Source of the DNA: Batkoa obscura
Lineage: Eukaryota
Assembly: GCA_030770535.1 (NCBI GenBank)
Contig: JASVEC010000014.1
Span: 868,001 to 932,000, forward strand
DNA length: 64,000 bases
Direction of reading: 5' to 3'
Below are positions 1 to 13,346 of the stretch, in pieces (the stretch's first letter is position 1; each line of letters begins with the position of its first letter). Under the pieces are notes generated by a model, which worked only from the letters and a program-made list of their open reading frames with translations, was not told where the DNA came from and ran no database searches. Made by a program: the position numbers and the translations under genes.

Positions 1-19
1 TTTGACCCTCTGCTTGATT

Positions 20-830
20 TACAATTTTACCTCTATAATATTATCCTCATTAATATAACGCTTGAAAGCATTGATATCTTACATAGCAAAAGGCAGCACC
101 AAAAGCAACTAAAGAGTAATATAGTCAAGCCACGAATAATAATATGAACAATTTGAACTTTAGTATTATTATAATCTAACGTATCTGAGAGTTTATTGAT
201 TTAGTGCATTCATAAAGTAAGGAAGATCTTCAGATGGATGTGTCCAATTTACATATTCAATCCGATGCTTTTTCTTCCTTTTTAATATCCTGTCAACCAT
301 TAAATCAATTCTTATTAGCAATAGACCCATGAGTAAATGTTTAAAAAATGGAACAAGATCACAATTGAATTTTACTTTGGCGAGTTTATTTTTATTGAAT
401 CTAAACATTTTGTCTTGAAAATTGACTAGAGGCTCATCTTTCAACAGTGGATTTAAAACTGTAATCTTAACACCTTCTTTCATATTATCCAAAACACAAC
501 CAAATTGATTAATACTAGCACCAATCAGTATTAAATTCGTTGCTTTGTTTCTGTAAATATAATTGAATCATACTTGTACTCTTGTTTTCTTTATAATTAC
601 AAATTATAAATTTAGGTCCATCACTGATTATATCTTCTCGGATAATGTTTAACAAACTTTTTCTACGTTTACCTTTTGAATTATATTCTCTCTTTCCTGT
701 ATAAAATCCTTATATTATTTCGTTGATTTTTCTATTATTTACTGTTAAATAATGACTAACTTTACTATTAAAGATTATGTATTTCTTTTTTACTTTTGTT
801 TTACTTCGTTATATTGGGCGGTAGGATGGA
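20..830 (-). pseudogene. Decayed gene relic of unknown family, copy A
   Basis: ORF 193..492 is flanked by stop- and frameshift-broken coding-like sequence. It is collinear with 1870-2530: DNMKEGVKITVLNPLLKD..MFRFNKN vs NNIKEDGKITALN*LSKD..IIRFNKN, and IREDIISDGPK vs LREDIVSNEPK. Boundaries approximate. Confidence 0.6.
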
Positions 831-941
831 TGCTGTCATTACTTTATTTATTTCATAGAAAACAGTGCCTATATACTATTTTAACTATGGTTTAGCCCAA
901 TATTATATACATTTATATTACAATTTATTTTATTAAAAAAC

Positions 942-1047
942 ATATGGGGCTGTTTTTTTTGGTTTCATTATTTTTCCCTTTTTTAAGCACTATTTGAGTG
1001 GGAAAACTGTTAGTAAAATTCTTAAACAAAAAAATACATCCCCATAT
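942..1047 (+). mobile_element. ~105-bp MITE-like element, full-length copy (used as reference orientation)
   Basis: atatGGGGCTGTTTTTT...AAAATACATCCCCatat imperfect TIRs; internal core TTTCATTA..TTTAAGCACTATTTGAGTGG..TTAGTAAAATTCTTAAAC repeated about 20 times in the window. Confidence 0.85.
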
Positions 1048-1869
1048 CTTAATAAAAAAATTTAGTATTTTAGAACTACATTATATCTATAAGTTTATTT
1101 AAAGTTCACGTAAAGTATTAGCTATAGAGTGATTAAAGTACTAATTATAGCAGCCAATCTAAGCCAGAAGGCAAATTATTAGATTTCATGTTAATTTTTT
1201 TTGAAATTTAAAATTAACTAATAAAAGTAAGTCTTCTTAAATATTAGTTCTCAATAGAGTCATACTAATAGTTATATAAACCCGAAAGGATCCTCTACTG
1301 TCATTTATGACTACCAAAAAATTGATTATCAAAGGCTGAAAGAATTGGCACCGAGCCAGGAATAGTCCTGTAGAAAGATCCGTGGACAGTTCTATAAAGC
1401 AGGTTGAGCAAGGTGATCGATGGCATGAAGATGTTCAAGCTATGTATACTTGAATATTAGTTTATATAAGCAAAAAACGCATGATTTTCCTATAAAATCT
1501 CCATGTACTATACCTTAATATATTGGTTTATCAAATGATAATTATGCCTCATACTCTAACTTCATTTTATGGCATACTACTTTACTAAGCTCAAACGATA
1601 GTCTTTACATAATAAATTTTTTTATTTAAAATAAGGATAGATACAAAAACTGTTACTATAACTCCCTTGCATACCAAAGATGCTAATAATACTTAAAACC
1701 CTGAGAAAGTAGCTATTCCAACGAATTTGATCAGATGTAACAAATTAATGGTTTAAAGCGAAACACAAAACTATAAAATGTAAAAATAGCAAAAAAAACA
1801 ATCATTAGTTATAATATTAATAAAGCAACCAATACTATGATGTTTAACGCATTTTTATTTCCTTGGGAC

Positions 1870-2530
1870 TTTATTGGTTTAATATATCTCCTAAATGCAT
1901 AAAGCCTTTGCGCAGATGTAAATAAGCTATATATCTAATCTTATATATATTCCTATCTTTAAGCATCTTACTAAACGTTAATTCAACTTTTATAGTAACA
2001 GTCCATAAATAAACTCTATAAAAGTGGCCTAAAATCATAGTTGAACTTCAGTTTTTATTGAATCTAATTATTCTACTTATAAAGCCAACTGAATATTTGT
2101 CTTTTGACAATCAATTTAAAGCTGTAATTTTGCCATCTTCTTTTATATTATTCAAAGTATGTTCAAATTAGTTCCTATTAATATTAATCAAAGTTGAGTT
2201 TATTCATTTATTTGTTGTTATCATCTTTCTCTACTTAGCAATTACAAATCCTTACTTTAGGCTCATTACTTACTATATCTTCTCTCAATCTTTGATAAAT
2301 CTTCACTGTGTACGTCTTTTAAAAAATATTTATTACTATTATTTTCTATCTGTAACCTATAAATTGTCTTTTTGGATTCTTCATTGCTTACTACTAGACA
2401 TTGCCCAAGTTCATTGTTAAATATTGTACACTTTTATTTTTGATTTATTGCTTTATTTTTGTATTTTAGAGGAAACTTATTTATTATCGTTATCATTCGA
2501 ATTCTAATAATTTATATTCGTTTACATCCC
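1870..2530 (-). pseudogene. Decayed gene relic of unknown family, copy B (paralog of 20-830)
   Basis: Manual translation aligns to copy A across about 600 bp with many in-frame stops. Confidence 0.6.
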
Positions 2531-3002
2531 ATTTGAAATTTAGTTCAAATTAACACAACTACACATTTATATCACATCACCTTTGCTTCATTTCCAGTCA
2601 CAAGTGCCACTCTTTTTTTATTTAGGTTATTATATATGTAAGTTTAAAAGCTAGTTTAAATCAAAAATAGAATTTTACAATTTTATTTTTTAGCTATTTC
2701 TTATTTAGTGTGGAATTTTTAGAGAACTATTAAAACTGGATAAAAAAATATTTCAATACAAGTTATTTTAAAACTAAGTAAAAAGCCAAATATTTTTGTA
2801 ATAATTGGTGTTTAATCTGCAATTTTTGCTAAAAAAATCGGAATCATTAAAACTCAAACAGATGAAAGACTGAGTTTAGTTTAAGAGCTCGATTCGAATT
2901 TTATCCAGTCTTTTTATACATAAACTATACTAAAAGTGAACAAAAACTTTTCGTAAAAATACTTTGATAAATGTTTACACAGCTTTAAGCATTGCCACAA
3001 GT

Positions 3003-3105
3003 AATGAGGATGTTTTTTTTGGTTTCATTACTTTTTCCATTTTTTGAGCGCTATTTGAGCGGAAAATTATTAGCAAAATTCTTAAACACAAAAATACATC
3101 GCCTA
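3003..3105 (+). mobile_element. MITE copy
   Basis: GAGGATGTTTTTTTTGGTTTCATTAC...CTATTTGAGCGGAAAA...AAAATACATCGCC. Confidence 0.8.
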
Positions 3106-3951
3106 ATGTTTTTTTATGAAATAACTTTCTAAATTTTGATTTATTTATAGCTATTTAGATATAATTATAAAGAAGTTGTTAAAGAAGTAGAGTTGACTTT
3201 TGAACTATTTTGGTATATTTTTGTTACAATTTTATATATAATTCTATTAAATCAAAAAGGACTAGCTTAAATCAAACACTATTTTAATCAATATAGTGTA
3301 TTATACTATATTATGCTAAGCATTATAATACAAAAAATGATCAATTGGAGTTATTTTGTTGATATGAATCTGTTATAATTAAACCAATAAAAAAGTCTTT
3401 CATAATAACTTAAAACTTATTAATTTCCTTTATAAAATAATTTTTTATCATCATTAGGTCTTTTTCGGAAAATTATCACTTTTATATAAGAGTTACACTA
3501 TCTTGTTTTATTTTATGTGACCATCTTTATTTTTTTATCAGTTAAATTGTTATTTGTATCTACATTTAAATCTCCAAAGTTTATTAAAAATGAATTAAAG
3601 CTTCATTTAACTATATTAAAACATAAACTTTTGAATATATTCGATAGTTAAAAGTTTATAAATCAAACTTGAACAAATACATTTGACAAAGTACTTTTAT
3701 CTTTAATTTTTTATATAAACAGAAGTCGAGATTTTTGCTCATTTCTTCTTAATGAGTATTAGAACGGATAGTCATACATTATAACTAGGAAATACATTTT
3801 AGTTTTTGATTAAATCTTTTTTAAAGAAAGTAGCTGCTTAATTGGTGCTCTAATATTATCAAATTGTAAGTAGCCAGCGTCTATATTTCATATTTAATTG
3901 GTTTATACCCATCCTCTAAAAAACCATAATGGCTTAATGTTTACAAAAAAA

Positions 3952-3971
3952 CTCGGAAAGAAAATTCCGAG
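3952..3971. promoter_or_regulatory. Palindromic CGG-N10-CCG site (CTCGGAA-agaaaa-TTCCGAG), candidate Zn2Cys6 binding site
   Basis: Perfect 7-bp inverted repeat with inverted CGG triplets about 255 bp upstream of the MFS ATG, in a CG-poor background. Confidence 0.4.
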
Positions 3972-4224
3972 ATTAATAGCGAAAATGAAGTTTCAAGTCA
4001 AAAAACTTGAGCTAAAAAATTTCGGCAAAAGATAGGCTAAAAATGAACTACCAAAAAAGAATCAAGCTAATTTTTTAAAAAATAAGGCTTTAAAAAGATC
4101 TTCCATTGGTTAATTTCTAAGCATAAAATTTTTAGTAATAATTAATTTATATTTTGAAAAAGTATAAAAAATCAAAAAAATAATGATATTAAATTTTTAA
4201 CTTTTAATAAAAATAGAATATATA

Positions 4225-5943
4225 ATGTCGAATAATTTAAAACAAGAGTTTAGTGTTGAGAAAGATAATAATGAAACAAATCAAGAATTCAGTGTTGAAA
4301 GTGGTACACTAAACAACAACCAAGTCGAAATTACTTTAGGAAAAACAAAGATCATATTGATTTTGATATCATTAGTTTTATCAATTTTAATCGCTGCTGT
4401 AGATGAAACTATAGTGGCAACTGCTCTAGCAGCAATAACTAAGGAGTTTAATGGCAGTGGCGAAGTAACTTGGATAGCCGGAGCTTATCTATTAACTATG
4501 ACAGCGTTTGAGCCATTGTATGGGAAATTTTCAGATTTATTTGGACGAAAATACTGTCTATTATTTAGTTTATTTTTGTTTTTAATTGGTTCAATTGTTT
4601 GTGGTACTGCTACTAGTCTTATAGTTTTAATTATTTTTCGTGCAATTTCAGGTATTGCAGCTGGGGGATTAATATCGTTAGCCTTTATCGTTGTCTCAGG
4701 TAAGCTATAGCATACATTACAAATAATAATTTAACTTATAATCATTTACTATAGATATTATACCTATTGAAACTAGAAGTGGTTATTTAAGTTTAATTAA
4801 TGGTACTTTTGCCCTGTCCTATGTTATTGGCCCATTATTAGGTGGAGTATTTGTAGATTATGTTGATTGGAGATGGGTGTTTTACATAAATATACCAATA
4901 GTTGTAGTAGCAACTGCATTAATTATGTTTACATTACCCAATCATAAAAGTGAAGATAACATAAAGGAAACATTGAAAAGGGTCGACATATTTGGTACTA
5001 TAACTTTGGTCGTTGGAATAATATTGTTGGTTTTAGCACTTAATTGGGGAGGAAAAGAATACCCTTGGTCATCCCCTCAAGTAATAGTTTGCTTAATACT
5101 CGGTTTAATTATATTGGGTATATTTGTTCTTATTGAGAAAAAGTATGCTGTTGAGCCTGTTATACCAAGTAAAATGTTTACTCCAAATGCTATCTTACTG
5201 AACCTATGTTCTATGTTGTTTGGCTTTTCAATGTTTGTATATATGTACTATTGGCCACTGTATCATCAAACGATTTATTCTTCTTCAGCTATTATTGCAG
5301 GTATTGAAACTTTGCCTATTTTAGTCGGTATATGTGGGTTCGCTGCTGCATCTGGTTTACTTGTTAATAAGCTTAAATTTTATCGACCATTTATTTGGTC
5401 AGGTATGGTGCTCTTAGTCATTGGGAACTCTTTAATGGCAAGGTTATCCGATAACATTTTGAGATTTGAAGAAATACTCTATCCATTATTAATTGGTATT
5501 GGTATTGGTTTAAGTATTCAAACATGCCTAGTTGCTTCTCAAGTTGCTGTCAAAGAAGAAGGTAATTATGAACTTTATTTATGTTTTATAAATTTACTTA
5601 ACATACTGTTTTATTAGATGTAGCCATCATGACAGCATTTATCAACTTTTCTTTAACAATAGGTGGTGTATTTGGATTAGCTATACAAGGAAGTATTTTT
5701 AATAATATACTAGTTAACAATTTGAACACATTACTACCTGATATCGACTCTAGTTTAATCATTAATTCATTAAGTTATCTACATTCATTACCTTCAGATC
5801 AACATGCTCTAGCCATTCAAGCTTACTTGACTGCTTATCGTATTATGTTCCTATCTTTAGTCCCCTTTTCTGCTTTGAGTTTAATACTTTCTTTGTTCAT
5901 TAAGCATATCCCTCTCACTACTACAAAAACACCTTCTCATTAA
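4225..5943 (+). CDS. MFS drug:H+ antiporter (DHA2, 14-TMS type), 3 exons
   Basis: Motifs DETIVATAL, YGKFSDLFGRK, GPLLGG, WRWVFYINIP, WGGKEYPW. GT-AG introns 4700-4754 and 5562-5617 join the three ORFs in frame. Confidence 0.93.
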
Positions 5944-6795
5944 GTTTGATTAAATAATAAAGTTTCAAAAAATTAAACAAATAAAAGTTGTTAATTGTAT
6001 CAGCAAATAGATTTTATACCTAAATTCAATTATTTTTGAGTAAAAGAATTTACTATAGCAGTCCTAGACCTTCACGTTTCAAATTGATCAAAACTAAGAT
6101 TATCAGAAATCCTTTTATTTTAAGAAAAACTAATATGAACTTTAAAATTGTACTTTCATAAGCCAACTGGATAACAGATTTATGATTTTTACTATGAAAT
6201 CGTTTGTGTCGTCTCATGTTAATTTTAAGTATAAATTACTTTATAATAATGTGATCTTTTTTGTAGCACAAGTTGTAAGAGTAACTAACAGCAATCACAA
6301 AATCAATTCTTGTAAAATTTGGCCTAAAAATCCAAAAATATTATTGATTAGGACATCTAAATAACACTCTCTACTATGCTATTGGTTTTTAGTTTTCTGA
6401 ACAATTATTTGAGCCAACATAAGTTAGCCAATATTTTATTATTAGTGATTGTAAAATAGTAATAATTATCTAATTTAAGTAAAATTAAAAAATATTAGAT
6501 AAAAAATGATTTCTTATCAAAAATTTAAGAACCAAAACTACCATTGTAGCCCCTATGACCTGTTTTTAGTGCAAATCAAAAAATCGGGCTGCTTTATAAA
6601 TTCCCTTATACATCCTTTAGTTTAAGATTTTGTTAAACGACATTTAAAATTATGTCCAATCTATTATGTTTTAATAAATAAAGTAAATTTTCAGTGGGAG
6701 TAAAATAATGGCATAACAATTCATATCTTTTATTTTCATATATATCTTTTTCCAATATTATTTATTGTTATCTGATATTTTCGGAATTAAGTTGT

Positions 6796-6997
6796 AGATT
6801 TGAGGTAGCAATTTCACCAATTTTGAACAAAAAAACTAATTTTTAATGAAAAAAATAACAAGTATAGTTTAAAATCTCTAGTTTTTGAGCTTTTATTTAT
6901 TCAAATTTTAATCTCCCAACTTTTGATTGGATGTGATTTTAATTTCAATAATTGTATTTGTTTTTTGTTGAAAACTGTAAATTGTTGTCTCAAATCT
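6796..6997. repeat. Imperfect long inverted repeat (~45-bp arms), possible second MITE family
   Basis: AGATTTGAGGTAGCAATTTCACCAATTTTGAACAAAAAAAC vs reverse complement of the right arm AGATTTGAGACAACAATTTACAGTTTTCAACAAAAAAC. Confidence 0.55.
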
Positions 6998-9322
6998 TTA
7001 ATCCTTACTCTACTGATTAATAATTGAAAAAAGAGCATAATATGAGGGGATGTCAAAGTAAATGTTTAATATTATATTAAATATCATGATGTATTAAATA
7101 ATGCTTATTATAAATCAAATTGATGAATAAAATCATATATGAAATAGAATTATTAAGGACTGTCTTTTTACTAAAACAAGTAATAAAATGTACGAAAATA
7201 ATGTGCTTCATTTTGGGCTTTTCTTTAAAATTTCAAATGGTAAATGAGATTTGCTTTAACTAAAATGGTTATTCGGAAAGATAAAATGCGGAAAAGTATT
7301 TCGCGTGCTCTAGGCCTTTTCCAATAGCCACGGATTTATTAAAGTAAAACTATGTCATTTTTATTGCTTCATAAAATTGCAACTATTTAATTTCTTACAA
7401 CTTTGTTATTTTTTAATATTTATTATTTTAAACTAATTTTACTATCTTATTTTTATTGAAGGCAATTTTACTTTGTTACTAACTGTTCCTATGTTAGCCA
7501 AACATTAATAAATATAGCTAATAGATCCTTTATTGGTCTAAAAAAGAAAGTATTAAAAATATAAAAGTAAAATTTTGACTTTTTTTGACTTAATATTCGC
7601 TATTTATTTTTAGCACAATTATATTTTAATTTTTTTGAAATTAAACTAATTATAATAGTTAAGGTTTTGATATGCTTAAGAACATGTGATTTAATTATAC
7701 AATTTATTTTAGAATAATTTATTTAAATTTTCATGTTAGTATGCGGCAATTTTCTACTTATTGAATAGAATAATTTAAGTCCGTTATATAATACGTCGTA
7801 CATCCCTATAAATCACCACTCTTTTTCTTCAATTACTTGTTATATACTGTTTCGCAATTTAGCTCATAAAGTGTGGATGGATCATTAGCTACTTTGATTT
7901 TAACTTTAACCATATTGATTATTTTAAATTTAATTTAATCTATTACTTTAACAAAGTTGCAAAGTATCAGCAACAAAGGTTTTTGCTATTTAGAATTATG
8001 GTCTAGAGCACTTAAAAATGTGGATAAACTTATTTCTACTCCAACTTCATCCTAGTTATAAGCTTTATTGAAAGCAGTATCAAAACTTTAGCGTTTCAAG
8101 TTTCTCAGCTTTTTGCATAAACTTGCTTTTTTCTCTTACTACATAAGGAAATATTATTAAATATGGTAAACGGAGTATTTTATAAAGAGCTATCAAAAAG
8201 TTCAAGAGTTTGGTTTTAGATAAGCGGCCAAATCTTTAAAAATTGCTAATATTTTTGAACTAATAATAATTCAATAATTATTCAATTCATTTATTTTTAA
8301 TTTTATTTTACTATCTATAAGAACTTCCATGTTTTTGACCCTAATCTTATCCCTTGTTCTCACTCAATTAGATAACTTAATCTTATTTGCAAAGTGGATA
8401 TCATTTGTAAGTTATTTGAGGGCAATTCTGAAGATTTTTTCTAAGGTTTCACTTATTATACAATAACACTTTTAATGTTTCAGATTGCTCATACCCTGTA
8501 TAATTGATTGGTTGTAACTTTTACAGGTCAACTGATTAGAAAAACAGAATTTAGAAACTAAAGTCAAGTGCTATTAAATAATTTTATTATGATCTCTCTA
8601 TGTATATTTCTGAAATCTCTTATCAAAATATTGGGATATATAAGACTGATTACTTGATCTTTACTTTATAAGTCATAATGTCAAAATGTCAAAAATGTCA
8701 TAAAATTCAAAACTCTAGATTTATTACTACATTATCATCTAGATATTCTTGATACTATCCTTCAGTAAAATAATTTTGGATAATCTTAAACCGAAAAAAA
8801 TTAAGATGCGTAAAAGATAAAAAACCCAAAAACCCAATGCATAATGTTATTCGCTATTAAAAAAATGTACTCAATACCCAAAACAAGAATTAACTTTTCT
8901 AAACAGACGCAATTTCCTAATAAACTAAGAAATCTATTAATAAATTAAGAATAGATGATTAAAAATTTTCAGCATCTGCCTTTTATTTCCTATTTAGAAT
9001 GAAATCTTACTAAAAACCCTTAAATTGGCAATTTAAGAAAAACAATGACAAAATTTCTAAGGAAAAAAGTGAATACAAATTTAAACTGAAGTAATGTCCA
9101 GCCAATGAATAGGCAACTAGAAATAAAAAGCGAATAAAGAGCCTTTCAATAGAAAAGCTCAAAGAATAATAATATTACTGAAAGAATAATTATTAAAAAA
9201 GAAAACTTTGTTTATAGATCAAAGTATAAATACACTTGATTTTCTTCAAAGTTTTAAACATCAAATTATAAAAAAATTAAATTTATTTATTTATAGCTTA
9301 TTAAAAAAGTATAACATAAAAA

Positions 9323-9976
9323 ATGAATAACAACACATTATATCCACAATATGCCTATCTAGATACCGAGTATTTTTCTTCACCAATAGTTGTACCAGAT
9401 TATAACTTTTTATCTGATACAAATGTACAACAAGACTTAGTATGGCCTTATTATAACGATTATTCATTAGATACTCAATTAAGTTATCAAGATGCTCAAT
9501 TTAGCTATTACGAGCCTCAGATTGTTTACTGTGAGGCTCCTATGTTGAATATGCCAGCTATTGATTCTATACCAATGAGTTTACCAATGAAAGATGTTAA
9601 AAGAGAAAGGGTGGAAGAGTCATTCCCATATACAATGCCAAATACACCTAATACACATAGCTCACCTATCAAGAAGAATATGAGTTGTACAAAGAGTACA
9701 AACAACACAAAGAATGATAACAAAGAAAAGCCATTATATCAATGTGATATATGTAAAAAATCATTCGAAAGAAAGTATGTATTAAAGCGACATATTGGAT
9801 CTCACTTTAACATCAAAACACATCATTGCAAACCTTGTAATATTTCGTTTTACCGTAAAGATATTTATGATCGCCATAGAACTACTAAGAAATGTGTTAA
9901 GGCTCATCAGCTCCTTCCACTTCATTGTACAAATTACATCCAAAACATTAACCCCTCCTTCTCCTCTAGCTCCTAG
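9323..9976 (+). CDS. C2H2 zinc-finger transcription factor (2 fingers)
   Basis: YQCDICKKSFERKYVLKRHIGSH and HHCKPCNISFYRKDIYDRH; acidic Tyr-rich N-terminus; TATA-like TATAAATA near 9225. Confidence 0.88.
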   Translation: MNNNTLYPQYAYLDTEYFSSPIVVPDYNFLSDTNVQQDLVWPYYNDYSLDTQLSYQDAQFSYYEPQIVYCEAPMLNMPAIDSIPMSLPMKDVKRERVEESFPYTMPNTPNTHSSPIKKNMSCTKSTNNTKNDNKEKPLYQCDICKKSFERKYVLKRHIGSHFNIKTHHCKPCNISFYRKDIYDRHRTTKKCVKAHQLLPLHCTNYIQNINPSFSSSS

Positions 9977-11399
9977 TGAGTTTCATTTTTACTATCCTCT
10001 CCTTAAAAAACAATAAGATTTAAAAATTTGATTTTTTTAGTAAAGTGTACAATAATTAAGTTAAAATAAAGAATATAAATAACAAATATATATATATATT
10101 AAACAATGGGTTATTGTTTTACTTATTCTTTTAATACTGAGACTATGTTATAATTAAGTATATTACTAATGATATAGTACTTATCCTATATTGTAGGAGT
10201 TCAAATGATGAATTTAGTATACTGTTACTATAGGTATTCTATTCTAGCTGAGAGTATATTACTAATAATATTAATTTCATTATAAATACTTTATAGCAAC
10301 AAATTTTAATAATAAGCTCTATAAATTATATAGCTTAGAAATACATTACAATAGAAAGAAGTCAATAAATTGCTCAGGAAGCTTGGCTTTAAAAGTTATT
10401 AGTAAAACCAAAAATAAATAACATTTTAAAGGGGAGATTATTAACGGAGCTGATTTCAGCCTTTGTAAGATAAAGCCAAAGATAAGGTATACAATATAAA
10501 TTAAGATCTACTACTTCCAACTTAAAGAATAAATGATCTAAAGTTTTGGCAATTAGTGAAAAAATTAGCTTAAAGATTAAAATAAACTTTTCCAAGTAAG
10601 TTTACTATTTTTGTATTATTTTCCCTAGCTTCTTAACTTGGCGCTAGTACTCAATAATATGACATAAATATTTTCCTTTGATACGGTTTTAAGGGTTGAA
10701 TTTAATTTAGTGAAAAATCGACTTTTATAAAAAAACTATGTAGCTCTATTCAATTAATAAAAATTTATAAGCAATCATAAATTTAATATTTTCAAGTTAC
10801 TTGATTATAAATTCGATTACAATAACCCGAAATCTATAACTTATATTAGTTAATAAATAAATACATTGATTACCGACTTATCATTCATTTATATGTATTT
10901 TTATAATGAATAGGAATTAACCTTATTCATTATTTTAAATAGATGAGTGTAATTAATATATTTTATTAATTAGCTAATTAAACATTGTAAAATGTTAATT
11001 TATTGTTCGACTAATCACACAATAACTATAATTATTAAGATTAAATTGAATGCGTAAGTATTTGGCCACTATACCTTTGTATAAGACTTTAAAGTATAAT
11101 TTGTACTTCAACTATAATATTTATCTATGCTCAATTGATTGCTTTTTGTTTTACATATTATTTTGAGAGTATAATATTACTTAACATTTGTGTCACCAAT
11201 TAAGTGCCTACTATCTATACACAATTATTTGCTCTGTATATTTGTAAAATAGTTATAAATACAAATTCTAAAAACAGTTGGAATTATAATAAAATATATA
11301 ATACTTATTTTAATAAATTATATAAAACCAATTTTCAAAATAGTTCTTTTATACTTCTGTTTTATGAGTATTTTTTAATATAATCATCTACTTACTAGT

Positions 11400-11504
11400 A
11401 TTTGGGGATGTATTTTTGTGTTTAAGAATTTTACTAACAAATTTTCCGCCTTAAATAGTAGTTAAAAATGGAAAAAATAATGAAGTAAAAAAAAACACTC
11501 CCAT
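11400..11504 (-). mobile_element. MITE copy
   Basis: TGGGGATGTATTTTTGTG...AAAAACACTCCCAT, reverse orientation. Confidence 0.85.
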
Positions 11505-11928
11505 TTTTTGAAAATAAATAACCAAAAAAAATTTTGTAAAAATTGCAAAAAAAGTATTATTGAAATAATTTTCCAAGTTTCATTTTCTAAATAAAAAAAG
11601 AAATATTACATTAATTGCTCTTTATTGATATAAGGTAATACTATTTAAGAGCAAAAGTTAATGCTATACTAGAAAAACTAATTATGGTTGTCAACCTAGT
11701 CAGTGTTTTTTATTGAATTAATTTTTTCAAGAATTAGTAATAGTTACAAAAGATAATACTTACTGTTGCAATCTATTACCATCGCCGCGAAATATTAAAA
11801 AATGAGGAATATTTTGGGCAAGAAAACCTGATACTACTGCTTTGATTTAAATATGGATTAGGTGCTTTTAACTTTATTCTAAACATAAAATAAAAAAAGC
11901 CCTCACAGTTAAATTAAACAAAAATAAA

Positions 11929-11986
11929 GGGATGTTTTTTTGGTTTGATTACTTCTCCATTTTTTAAACGCTATTTGAGCAGAAAG
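11929..11986 (+). mobile_element. MITE copy, 5' half only
   Basis: GGGATGTTTTTTGGTTTGATTAC...CGCTATTTGAGCAGAAAG. Confidence 0.7.
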
Positions 11987-12047
11987 ACTAGCTAGCATAA
12001 AATCAAAAATCCCAATAAATTGAGAGTTCAAAACTTTAGTTAGAATT

Positions 12048-12120
12048 AGCCTAATATGGGGCTCGAACCCATGACCCTGAGATTAAAAGTCTCATGCTCT
12101 ACCGACTGAGCTAATCAGGC
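12048..12120 (-). tRNA. tRNA-Lys (anticodon UUU), intronless
   Basis: Reverse complement GCCTGAT TA GCTCAGTCGGTAGAGC A TGAGA CTTTTAA TCTCA GGGTC ATGGG TTCGAGC CCCAT ATTAGGC T folds as a cloverleaf. Confidence 0.95.
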
Positions 12121-12194
12121 AAGTTATACTTACTGCTTAAGATGTAAATAATATTTATATTGCAACACTAATGAAAGAGGAATAATTTTTAAAG

Positions 12195-12287
12195 TATGGA
12201 AATATGCTTTAAGAATTTTACTAACTTTTCCGCTCAAATAGTACTTAAAATGGAAAGGGTGGTGAAACAGAAAAGACACCCCCATAT
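12195..12287 (-). mobile_element. MITE copy ~74 bp upstream of tRNA-Lys(UUU)
   Basis: TTTAAGAATTTTACTAACTTTTCCGCTCAAATAGTACTTAAAATGGAAA...GACACCCCCATAT. Confidence 0.8.
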
Positions 12288-12482
12288 ATTTTTACAAGAC
12301 TTTATTATAAAGTGAGAACTATTTAAAAGAAATATTATTAATTTGGATTTAAAGATATGAGCTAGTATAAGCATAAAAACTATTTGACTAACTATTAACT
12401 GTTTTTTAATAGCTGTTAATAGTTAAAAAGATAGTTTGTATATTTATACTGATTTATACTTTTAAATTTATATTATAAGAAC

Positions 12483-12563
12483 GTTTTTTGACTTCATTGC
12501 TTTTCCCATTTTTTAAGCGCTATTTGGGTGGAAAGATTGTTAGTAAAATTAAAAAAATACATT
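12483..12563 (+). mobile_element. MITE copy, degenerate
   Basis: GACTTCATTGC...TTAAGCGCTATTTGGGTGGAAAGATTGTTAGTAAAATT..AATACAT. Confidence 0.7.
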
Positions 12564-12691
12564 CTTGTTTGTTTTATTTTTATTTTATTTTATTTTATTT
12601 AATTGTTATTTTATTAATACTTGTATAGTTTAATCTTAATTTTAGCTTGGTACAATAATTATGAATTTTTTTGTTGATATTTTATAATAAC

Positions 12692-12796
12692 ACATGGGGA
12701 TGTCTCTTTTTGTCTAAGAAATCTATCAACATTTTTTCGGCTTAATAGTGCTTGAAAAAAGAAAAAAGTAATGAACAAAAAAAATCATTATCATAT
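12692..12796 (-). mobile_element. MITE copy, degenerate
   Basis: ATGGGGATGTCTCTTTTTGTCTAAGAA...TAATAGTGCTTGAAAAA...AGTAATGAAC. Confidence 0.65.
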
Positions 12797-13300
12797 TAAT
12801 GTACTATCATAATTGCAATTTTAAAATAAATGATATTAATTACAAAAAATTATATAAAAATTTGTTTTTTAAACTAAAAAGATAACTAACTGATTTTAAT
12901 TTAATAATAAAAATTAATAAAAAAATTGTAAACTAACAATACTAAATTTAGATACAAAAAAACAAGATTTTAAATAAAAAAAACCTATATTTATAGTTTC
13001 AAATTTATTAAGTTACTATACAAAGCTGAGTTTGATTTAAATAAATAGTCAAAAGTGGTAAAGTTTTATAAATTCAATTTTTTTTAAACTATTCAATAAT
13101 TAAGCGTGTAATAGGCTTTTATATGTATTAAAAGGCTTTGTTTTTGAACTTTACTTTATATAATAAAAGTTTCTGAAACAATTATTTTTATTTTTTATGG
13201 TATAACTTTACATAGTTATGTACAAGTTTAAATCCATGTTAAATAAATTTTAGTTTTAAGTTATTAAATAATTAGTTGAAATACACCTTTTTCAAAAATG

Positions 13301-13346
13301 TCTAAAAGATGGAAAAAGTAATGAAGCCAAAAAAACATCCCCATAT
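13301..13346 (-). mobile_element. MITE fragment (one end)
   Basis: AAAGATGGAAAAAGTAATGAAGCCAAAAAAACATCCCCATAT. Confidence 0.7.

Noticed and set aside
1290..1455. GC-richer island with a short open frame
   Set aside because: No clear start, homology or structure; probably an unidentifiable relic.
8974..8995. U5 snRNA loop-1-like GCCTTTTA
   Set aside because: No flanking stem and no Sm site.
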